Made by a program: the position numbers and the translations under genes. The notes beneath the pieces were generated by a model, which ran no database searches, was not told where the DNA came from, and was given only the letters and a program-made list of their open reading frames with translations. Below, piece after piece: positions 6,606-13,762 of a stretch of 46,827 nt of DNA (positions are counted from its first letter, which is position 1; each line of letters starts with the position of its first letter). Source of the DNA: a virus; the IMG/VR virus record IMGVR_UViG_3300045988_062651, positions 1-46,827 of that record. One strand, written 5' to 3'.

Positions 6606-6732
6606 GTTCAAACCGGTTGGGCTAAAATAAAGACTTTTGGCGAGGCTTAAAGCTCAGCAATAGGATTGTCCATTTATTGGCCAAAAGCTCTTCTAAAGTC
6701 TTATAAATAGTCTTTATTTGTGAATTTCAGGC

Positions 6733-7446
6733 CTATTTTTCGACTCTAAAAACATAACCTTTACCATATACCGTTACTATCTTAACTTTAGGGTCCGCAG
6801 CAATGTATTTGCGTATTGCAGTCATATAGAAGTCCAGGCTACGTTTTGCAAACACATCAATCTGGTGCCACACAGCACTTAGTATTACTTGCGTCATAAG
6901 TAATTGATTTGGGCTGCTAAAGAGGTACGTCATAATGGAGAACTCCTTGTCCGTCAGTTCTATAGTCTTGTGCCCGTCAAAGAACGTGTGGTCCTCAGTA
7001 TTCAAGACCATATCGTGAATTACGTACTCTTTCTTGAATTGTAAAAAGCGAAGAGGCGCATGTTTTGTCCAGGTACGTAGGCGCCACACAAATTCTTCTG
7101 TATTATACGGTTTACGTACAAAGTCTGAAACACCGGCTTCATAAGCAGCAACGGCAGCAAGCGGGTCGTCGTTCTCAACACAAAGAATAATTGGAACGTT
7201 AGGATAATACTTTTGCATTGTGTGCACAAGCGTAAGGTCATTAGGCCTGTCGTACTTATGATAATAATCAAGTACTGCAACGTCAATATTATCTTTGGCA
7301 ATTTCGGATAGCGCGTTTTCCTCGTCTACAGCCCAAGCATTAAAGCATTGTTCCTGTAAGTATTTTACAAGAGTGTCCGCGCCATCATTTTGGAACACCA
7401 AGACACTATACTGCCCAAGGTGCTCAAGTATTGATTGTCTACTCAT
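6733..7446 (-). CDS. Orphan OmpR/PhoB-family response regulator (receiver plus winged-helix DNA-binding domain) with a degenerate receiver pocket
   Basis: Receiver: VLVFQND replaces the hhhhDD motif, VAVLDY retains the acceptor Asp, PIILCVE lacks the conserved Thr/Ser, and DFVRKPY retains the Lys. C-terminus: LTDKEFSIMTYL...VWHQ...RSLDFYMTAIRKYI...IVTVYGKGYVF matches the trans_reg_C pattern. Confidence 0.8.
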   Translation of the reverse strand: MSRQSILEHLGQYSVLVFQNDGADTLVKYLQEQCFNAWAVDEENALSEIAKDNIDVAVLDYYHKYDRPNDLTLVHTMQKYYPNVPIILCVENDDPLAAVAAYEAGVSDFVRKPYNTEEFVWRLRTWTKHAPLRFLQFKKEYVIHDMVLNTEDHTFFDGHKTIELTDKEFSIMTYLFSSPNQLLMTQVILSAVWHQIDVFAKRSLDFYMTAIRKYIAADPKVKIVTVYGKGYVFRVEK

Positions 7447-8245
7447 TTTTAGCTAAATTATAAAGTAATTCAAACCAACGAGGGTTGTACATAAGGAGGT
7501 CAAAATAAGTCTTCACGTTGTTTTTGATAATTCTTGTAGCAACTCCAAGCGCTTTAGCTTCTTGAGCGTTCTGGTATTTATAATACATATTAACCGCGTT
7601 ATCTACAAGATATATCATTTCAGGCCGATACTTGAGAAGTATATTTTGCTCTGTTCCTTGTCTAAAATAATAGGGCACATTTGGCGTAGCCCAAAAAAGT
7701 ATTCTATGCCCATTCATATCTTTGCCTCGTCCAGAACCGGCAGTGCGGCCAATATAAACAGTGTCATAAACAAATCCTGGGCATCTTTTAACAACCCAAG
7801 GATAGGTGTTATATAAGCGACGGATTGGAATAGGTATCAAAGAATTGAGCAATCGCTTGAGGCGCTTATTAGCTGAAGCCTGTGCGCGTTCTGCAATTGT
7901 AACTTGCTTTTCGGCTACAATACGAGTAAGCGCCTGTAAGTCATAATTTGGAATTTTGTCAGAGAGCTTAATAAGATTCTGGCTAACGGCAAGACGCTGA
8001 ATCTTGATTTTATAACGGGTATGCGCATCCTTGTCCTTTACTTTTCCGTATTCCTTTAATTTGGCAGTTACGTCAGAAGTGTCTGATGTGTCTTCCTCGG
8101 TAACGTCTACAAAATCAAGTGCCTCTTCTTTTACAATACTTTGTTCAATCTTTGCAACGTCTGTAGATAAAGTCTCGTCCTCCTGTTCGAGTTCAGCGAG
8201 CAGGAGGGCTAAGTCTTCAGTAGATAGCTTATTGAGGTCTGTCAT
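7439..8245 (-). CDS. Hypothetical protein (268 aa from the ATG at 8245; the ORF track extends to 8272)
   Basis: The ATG at 8245 overlaps the upstream stop (ATGA). The N-terminal half is acidic and coiled-coil. No family was recognised. Confidence 0.65.
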   Translation of the reverse strand: MTDLNKLSTEDLALLLAELEQEDETLSTDVAKIEQSIVKEEALDFVDVTEEDTSDTSDVTAKLKEYGKVKDKDAHTRYKIKIQRLAVSQNLIKLSDKIPNYDLQALTRIVAEKQVTIAERAQASANKRLKRLLNSLIPIPIRRLYNTYPWVVKRCPGFVYDTVYIGRTAGSGRGKDMNGHRILFWATPNVPYYFRQGTEQNILLKYRPEMIYLVDNAVNMYYKYQNAQEAKALGVATRIIKNNVKTYFDLLMYNPRWFELLYNLAKNE

Positions 8246-8550
8246 TTGAGAATGAGTTTGAAGGCACGCCAAGCGCGACCAGGATTAAACATAAGGACAT
8301 AGCAAATGCAAGTTAAGAAGCGAAGGACTATAGAGACAATGTATACCATGTAATAAATAGGTATATATAGGGTCTCAAGTATTTTGACAATGACTTTACC
8401 AGTCTTCCTAACCCACTTAGTGTCGCGCACCCAAATTATCAGTCTTTGCCAGAGCCACGCAAAAAAGTAGCCAATCATTGTGAAGATACCGAGTATCATC
8501 AATCCAATTGTCCGGATAACGTTCCAGGCTTTTCTAAAAAACGGTTTCAT
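8242..8550 (-). CDS. Membrane protein (102 aa)
   Basis: Several hydrophobic helices (IGLMILGIFTMIGYFFAWLW and YIPIYYMVYIVSIVLRFL). Confidence 0.6.
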   Translation of the reverse strand: MKPFFRKAWNVIRTIGLMILGIFTMIGYFFAWLWQRLIIWVRDTKWVRKTGKVIVKILETLYIPIYYMVYIVSIVLRFLTCICYVLMFNPGRAWRAFKLILK

Positions 8551-8555
8551 AACAA

Positions 8556-8885
8556 TTACTTTTTAGTAGGTTCGGTAGTCTTGATAATTTTTGACTTGTT
8601 CTGCTCGTCGAGCTTAATCCAAGTATTAGCGTAACCAACCAGGTCTTTGCAAAAAAGGCCAATATGGGCTTTAATCGCTTTATGGTCCTTAAGTGAGCCG
8701 CAAATCATCGCGCCCACAAATTGGAGCATCACAATCTCGGCGTCTGAGAAGAGCTTGGTCTTAGGTAAACCCTCAAGTATAATCTTCTCCATTTTTGAAC
8801 CCATCTCATTGATGGATTTGACGGCCATTTCACTCCCCGGGTACTTGTCAAGAGGAATGTTGTTTTTTGGTTGTTGTTTGTTCAT
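8556..8885 (-). CDS. Hypothetical protein (109 aa)
   Basis: ORF in operon context. Confidence 0.6.
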   Translation of the reverse strand: MNKQQPKNNIPLDKYPGSEMAVKSINEMGSKMEKIILEGLPKTKLFSDAEIVMLQFVGAMICGSLKDHKAIKAHIGLFCKDLVGYANTWIKLDEQNKSKIIKTTEPTKK

Positions 8886-9035
8886 TTTGAAAAGTGTTTA
8901 CGAATATATTCTTCTGCTTTTGGCTTTGTCTTAAAGGTCTTATCCACAGTCTGCTAGCTGAGCCATAAAGAAGTGGCTCCTTTATACTCAATAGCAAAAA
9001 CGCCTTTTTCTAGTTTTACTATTCTTGTTAACATA

Positions 9036-9287
9036 TTAATCTTCTTTTTTCTTTAAGAAATCAAAATTTATAAGGCTCCAAATGTATTTCATAAACCAAT
9101 TGGGCAAATACTTATAACTTTTATAGTCAATACGAAATACTAACCAAACAAAGGTCCAGGTTGCGTAATTGTAAACTATATTAACTGATAACGAAGGCAA
9201 TAAATAAAAACCACCCCAATGGCTCATAAAGATAAAACTAAAATGCTTCAAGTGTTTATTACTACCGTTGCTTTCCATATTAGTCAT
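9036..9287 (-). CDS. Small membrane protein (83 aa from the ATG at 9287)
   Basis: The ATG at 9287 overlaps the upstream stop (ATGACTAA). The long N-terminal extension in the ORF track overlaps 9280-9702 and is unlikely to be real. Confidence 0.5.
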   Translation of the reverse strand: MTNMESNGSNKHLKHFSFIFMSHWGGFYLLPSLSVNIVYNYATWTFVWLVFRIDYKSYKYLPNWFMKYIWSLINFDFLKKKED

Positions 9288-9702
9288 AGATATGCGGAGT
9301 TTCGTCCAAAATTTCTGTTTCCAATACAAGGCCTCCATTGAGGACATGTTCAACAGCTTCTTTGTGTTTGAGTAACCACTGCAGTGGAGGTCGAACCCAG
9401 TTAATGACTTTATAACTCTCGGCAATATTGAATATTCTTGCGTCATGCTCGGAAATGGTATTAGCGTGCTGAGCCCAGCCGTCACAATAAGGACATTGCA
9501 TTATAAATGGAGTCACGCCCTTGTCCTTGTATCTTGTCAATGTCTTTTTATGGCATACGCTGCAAATGTAAACGTCTATTCCTTTACCGCGGCCGTCATA
9601 AATTTTTAGCCCTTCAATACCGCCTACCAACTTCTTGTATTGGCGACAAATTTTTTGTTGTGTCATACCCCTTTCTCCTTTTTCATTATCTCTTCTTCCC
9701 AC
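9280..9702 (-). CDS. Zinc-ribbon-like Cys-rich protein (140 aa)
   Basis: Contains CSVCHKK...CPYCDG cysteine pairs. Confidence 0.6.
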   Translation of the reverse strand: MGRRDNEKGERGMTQQKICRQYKKLVGGIEGLKIYDGRGKGIDVYICSVCHKKTLTRYKDKGVTPFIMQCPYCDGWAQHANTISEHDARIFNIAESYKVINWVRPPLQWLLKHKEAVEHVLNGGLVLETEILDETPHIYD

Positions 9703-9722
9703 TTAATTAGTTTTAAGTCATA

Positions 9723-10109
9723 TCAATCTCCAGAACTTTCCCAAGTATCATAACGATTACATCTACAGCCTCCAATAGAATATTCCCAACTTGTATTTAA
9801 TAAAGTTTCTTCTTCTTTATTAAGCTTAAACGTCGGAACATTTTTTACACACCACTCTACATATTGCGTATCTATCATTATAATTTCGCCGACATATCTA
9901 TCTTTATATTTACCGAAATCAAATTTATGATAATGACAAAAATGATTTACTAAACGTAAAGCATTGTTACATAGTTCTCGCCAATAATATAATTTCAGAT
10001 TCCTGGCTCTCAATTCCAAGTTATTGCGGAGCGCGTCCTCATATTCCAAAGCTTTTTGTTTGTCAGAAAATTCCTTCCCTGCAACATGGTATATTTCTGT
10101 AATCTGCAT
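9723..10109 (-). CDS. Hypothetical protein with a C-terminal DUF3820-like motif
   Basis: FGKYKDRYVGEI..DTQYVEWCVKN resembles the FGKYKG..Y..W signature, recalled from memory. Confidence 0.5.
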   Translation of the reverse strand: MQITEIYHVAGKEFSDKQKALEYEDALRNNLELRARNLKLYYWRELCNNALRLVNHFCHYHKFDFGKYKDRYVGEIIMIDTQYVEWCVKNVPTFKLNKEEETLLNTSWEYSIGGCRCNRYDTWESSGD

Positions 10110-10408
10110 AATTTCAAATTATTGCTTAATGGTCACTTACAATTTCAAGAGCAAGGTCTTCAAGTTCGCTTTCAAGAGCTACACGTTTAACCTTGTTGCC
10201 GTCCATTTGGGCCCCATTGACGTTTATGGTCCGGTTGTGATACTCCGGCAAACACCCAACCTTGTTCACGAAGGTATTCTTCAATATCTGGTCTCATAGC
10301 TTTTAAGATTAAAAGGTCAGTCTCACTTAGTTGTCTTGTTGCAGTTTATTTGAGCATGAGTAACTTTGTAGCTATAGCTGCTTACAACTCGGAGACCGGC
10401 CTAAGTTT

Positions 10409-10912
10409 TTACTTATTGGTTGAACCGAAGCCACCTGCACCGCGGTCAGTTTCTTCAGGGAAGAGTTCTTCTCTCGAGTCAACAACCTCAACATTGTCGT
10501 AGAATACAGGTACGAGAATGAATTGTGCAATCTTCATACCAGGCTGAAGCGTGATACAGTTGTTACCTACGTTAATGACGTGGATATGGATTTCACCCTG
10601 ATAATCCTCATCAACAATCTTGGCTCCAATAATAAGCGGACTGAGAAAAGGTTTACGTTTTCTTGGTCCAAGCTTGGTTCGTATATACCCTTCTTCAGAC
10701 ACTACAACACCGGACTTATCTGCACCCATAAGCATATAGCCTTCAGGAATCTTAGCTACAATACCGGACGGGATAAGAACGTCGGTATGCGGGAAGAGCA
10801 TCTTGGTTTCAAAATCTTCAGGAATATAGAAGTCTATTCCTGCACTTTTGTTAGTACCCCTATCAGGAGTTTTAACGTTTCTTACTTTTGCAATTTTCAT
10901 ATTACGTGACAA
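10409..10912 (-). CDS. dut: dUTP diphosphatase (dUTPase) with an internal insertion
   Basis: Motifs AGIDF, IVDEDYQGEIHIHV and a C-terminal RGAGGFGST. Confidence 0.8.
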   Translation of the reverse strand: MSRNMKIAKVRNVKTPDRGTNKSAGIDFYIPEDFETKMLFPHTDVLIPSGIVAKIPEGYMLMGADKSGVVVSEEGYIRTKLGPRKRKPFLSPLIIGAKIVDEDYQGEIHIHVINVGNNCITLQPGMKIAQFILVPVFYDNVEVVDSREELFPEETDRGAGGFGSTNK

Positions 10913-11181
10913 CTTTTATGAATATCAAATTTTATACCTGCGGCATCTCTTAGTTCTCGTTTCAGTCTATAGCTCGCACGACCCTTAAAACAATATGCAG
11001 TTTGTAGAAAGCCTAATACTAAGTCTTTAGCTCTTTGTCCGCCGCGAGTAGCTTCTGGGTCAGTCGTATCAAACTCCTGAAGTGCTTCCAAATAGATACC
11101 GGCCCTAACGGTCTGTCTATTTACGCCATTCCAAGTCAAGTCTATTTCGTCTGCTATTTCCTGAAATGTGCGTCCCATCAC
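10897..11181 (-). CDS. Hypothetical protein (94 aa)
   Basis: ORF in operon context. Confidence 0.55.
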   Translation of the reverse strand: MMGRTFQEIADEIDLTWNGVNRQTVRAGIYLEALQEFDTTDPEATRGGQRAKDLVLGFLQTAYCFKGRASYRLKRELRDAAGIKFDIHKSCHVI

Positions 11182-11759
11182 TTGCCGAGAGTTATAAAGT
11201 CTTCTGCATAAGGCAGACTACGAATCATATCAAGAACTGCACCCCAGTCCTCTTTCAGCTTATCGTGAATACGCTGATGATAGAGGTTTCGGAGGCTCAT
11301 GTAATTAGTGCTGCACCTCATAAAAAGCTGCAGACCAAGAGGACAGTTACTGAGGAGAACCATATAGTTCTCATAGCTCGGATTAGCATTGTATGCATCA
11401 AGATACTCTTGCATGCTGGCCTTAGTCTTCTCGGTCACATACTTATTGTACCAACGAGCTTCCATAATTCTTGATAGCCTGTGGTCCTTACTACTGGAAG
11501 ACACAATGTCAATAAAATGATAGCGCTGAAGCTGCGGAGTGAAATACTGTGGGTACACAATATCGAAAGACACACGTATACCAATCAAAAAGTTTGGATG
11601 ACCAGAATTACTACTAAGACTTGCCAGATTCTTGGCTCGCTCTAATGACTTTCTAAAGTCTTCTGCAGAATAGTCAGAAGGTTCAACACGCGTAGCATTG
11701 CGGCAAGCACATACACTTTCCTGAAGGTCGTAAACCTTTATGTTGCTAATTTCTACCAT
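11178..11759 (-). CDS. Divergent ThyX-like protein lacking the canonical RHR motif
   Basis: The layout FDIVYPQYFTPQLQRYHFIDIVSSSS ... MSLRNLYHQRIH resembles the ThyX core, but RHR reads RYH and the downstream AQ.EIR-type motif is absent. Confidence 0.4.
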   Translation of the reverse strand: MVEISNIKVYDLQESVCACRNATRVEPSDYSAEDFRKSLERAKNLASLSSNSGHPNFLIGIRVSFDIVYPQYFTPQLQRYHFIDIVSSSSKDHRLSRIMEARWYNKYVTEKTKASMQEYLDAYNANPSYENYMVLLSNCPLGLQLFMRCSTNYMSLRNLYHQRIHDKLKEDWGAVLDMIRSLPYAEDFITLGK

Positions 11760-11761
11760 AA

Positions 11762-12052
11762 TTAAAAGAGTTTAGGGTCTTCATTTTTCTCGTCGATGTA
11801 GTTGTTGAGCGCTCCGATATAGGCGAGAGCGTCAAGAAGATTGTCTTCCTTGTGAGCATTTGCTTCACGAGCGAATTTCATTGCAATCATCGCGCGGTAC
11901 ATACCTTCAGGTGTAATAGTCTCGCCATCAGGAGACATAGCGTTGAAGATATTAGCTGCACGTTCCATGCACTTAGAGAAAGGGCCATACTGGCGTTCAC
12001 GTTCTTCAGAACGGTGGTTGACGATTTCGTCAGCTCTGTGTAAAATGTTCAT
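11762..12052 (-). CDS. DUF6378-like small protein (nucleotide-metabolism associated in phages)
   Basis: IVNHRSEERERQYGPF...MYRAMIAMKFAREANAHKEDNLLDALAYIG matches the R..YG ... K..R ... D...D..Y pattern recalled for this family. Confidence 0.5.
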   Translation of the reverse strand: MNILHRADEIVNHRSEERERQYGPFSKCMERAANIFNAMSPDGETITPEGMYRAMIAMKFAREANAHKEDNLLDALAYIGALNNYIDEKNEDPKLF

Positions 12053-12054
12053 AA

Positions 12055-13467
12055 CTATTGAAAATTTTGTTTATATTTATCAAGCTTTGCTTTAAGGCTC
12101 TCCAGGAGCCCAGATTGTGTTCTATCTTTAGTTTTAAGAGCTTTTATAACTTCTTCATCTTCTGTTCCTTTAACAACTAAATGGTTTATAATAACGCCCT
12201 TCTGTTGTCCTTGTCTATAAAGTCTGGCGTTAAATTGCTGGTATAATTCGAGGCTCCAGGTAAGGCCAAACCAGACTATTATATTTCCTCCGGCTTGGAG
12301 GTTTAAGCCATGACCAGCAGAAGCAGGATGCGCAATAAGAATTTGTATTTTACCCTCATTCCACTCAGCTATGTCACGAGCAGTTTTAAGCTCTCTTACT
12401 TCGTAGTTCTTGAAATACTCTTTGATGCGGTCGCGGTCAGATTGAAAGGTCCAAGCTACAAGAACAGGCTGTCCATTTGCATCATCGATTATTTCTTTAA
12501 GTGCTTCGAGTTTTATGTCATGAATTTCATGCGCTTGTCTTGCTTCTGCCTCGTTATCATATATTGCGCCATTGGCAAATTGGAGAAGTTTATTAGACAA
12601 GCCCATTGCGTTAGCCGTTGTAATTGTGAGCGGCTTTCCGTCGGCGTCTACAGCATTTGTGAGCTCAAGCACTTTTTCTTTTTCAAACTCGTCATACTGG
12701 GCCTTAAGTGCAGAAGACATTTGTAACTCTACAAAGTTATCAATCTTGTCGGGCATTGTCAGATAATCCTTAGCAGACATACTTATACAAATATCTGAAA
12801 CTTTGCGACGTATTTCTTCTTCTGCGCCAGGTAACAATCCATACTTGTAAACTATAAATCCATCAGACACAAGTGGCTTAAAGTAGTTTTGACGAAAAGC
12901 TGTTATAGTCTTGCCTAAACGCGTACCGCGGTCCATAAGATAGATTTGTGGCCACAGGTCAATAAAACCATTTGGAGCTGGTGTACCGGTCAATCCAACA
13001 AATCTCATAAGACCTGGACGAATAGCGCGAAGAGCCTTAAATCTCTGTGCTTTATATGACTTGAAGCTACTTAACTCATCTGCTACAATCATGTCATAAG
13101 GTAGCTTCTGTCCGCCGAAATACAAGCACAACCAAGCAATGTTATCGCGTGATACAATATAAACATCAGCCGGTTTGTTTATAGCGGCTACTCTCTGCTT
13201 CGGCGTACCGATAATTTTAGAGAAGCGCAAATGCTTTAAGTGGTCCCACTTTTTAGCCTCTTCCTGCCATACAGTTTCTGCCACACGCTTAGGCGCAATT
13301 ACAAGAACTCTTTTAACTTCGCAGTAATCAAACATTAAGTCATTGATAGCGGTCAGAGTTATAACAGTCTTGCCGAGGCCCATATCAAGAAATAGACCGC
13401 AATACGGAACATTTATAATATGGTTCACGCAAATTTGCTGATAGTTATGTAAATCAGATTTGTTCAT
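12055..13467 (-). CDS. SNF2-family DNA helicase / ATPase
   Basis: Motif I DMGLGKT, motif II VADELSSFK, motif III LTGTPAPN, motif VI QQFNARLYRQGQ. Confidence 0.9.
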   Translation of the reverse strand: MNKSDLHNYQQICVNHIINVPYCGLFLDMGLGKTVITLTAINDLMFDYCEVKRVLVIAPKRVAETVWQEEAKKWDHLKHLRFSKIIGTPKQRVAAINKPADVYIVSRDNIAWLCLYFGGQKLPYDMIVADELSSFKSYKAQRFKALRAIRPGLMRFVGLTGTPAPNGFIDLWPQIYLMDRGTRLGKTITAFRQNYFKPLVSDGFIVYKYGLLPGAEEEIRRKVSDICISMSAKDYLTMPDKIDNFVELQMSSALKAQYDEFEKEKVLELTNAVDADGKPLTITTANAMGLSNKLLQFANGAIYDNEAEARQAHEIHDIKLEALKEIIDDANGQPVLVAWTFQSDRDRIKEYFKNYEVRELKTARDIAEWNEGKIQILIAHPASAGHGLNLQAGGNIIVWFGLTWSLELYQQFNARLYRQGQQKGVIINHLVVKGTEDEEVIKALKTKDRTQSGLLESLKAKLDKYKQNFQ

Positions 13468-13762
13468 CTAAAAACTGTGTTAACTTTTCCTGTGTATCAA
13501 TAACAAATACTCTAAATCCTAAAGCTCTTAATTCCTCGTGTCTTACTAGCTGTAGTTTTCTTGGCTTAATACCTTCGGACTTGAGCTCTACAAAAATTGC
13601 ACGTCCTTCTGGTAATAATATCAACCGGTCTGGCATGCCCGCATACATATTACCTTGTAACTTCAGGCATATACCACTACGCTGACGTATCTTCTCAACC
13701 AGAGAACGCTCGAGAGTTTTCTCGCTATCCTTCTTTTCTCTTATAATACTTCTGGACGCCAT
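13454..13762 (-). CDS. VRR-NUC domain nuclease
   Basis: GMPDRLILLPEGRAIFVELKSEGIKPRKLQ, a PD..(D/E)xK-type motif typical of VRR-NUC. Confidence 0.8.
   Translation of the reverse strand: MASRSIIREKKDSEKTLERSLVEKIRQRSGICLKLQGNMYAGMPDRLILLPEGRAIFVELKSEGIKPRKLQLVRHEELRALGFRVFVIDTQEKLTQFLDEQI

Noticed and set aside
6625-6720. The long imperfect hairpin downstream of the response regulator gene (AAATAAAGACTTTTGGC ... GCCAAAAG ... AAAGTCTT ... AGTCTTTATTT) as a small RNA gene.
   Set aside because: The pairing is interrupted and ambiguous, and no promoter motif is nearby. It is most simply a second terminator structure for the minus-strand operon at the convergence point.
9036-9485. The full 149-aa ORF as annotated in the ORF track.
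   Set aside because: Its first 66 codons overlap the 3' part of 9280-9702 in another frame. An internal ATG at 9287 overlaps the upstream stop codon (ATGACTAA), giving a coupled 83-aa membrane protein.
11178-11759. Calling this gene thyX outright.
   Set aside because: The hallmark RHR...S motif is not intact (it reads RYH) and the second conserved Arg motif is missing. Only the overall block order resembles ThyX, so it is reported as ThyX-like with low confidence.
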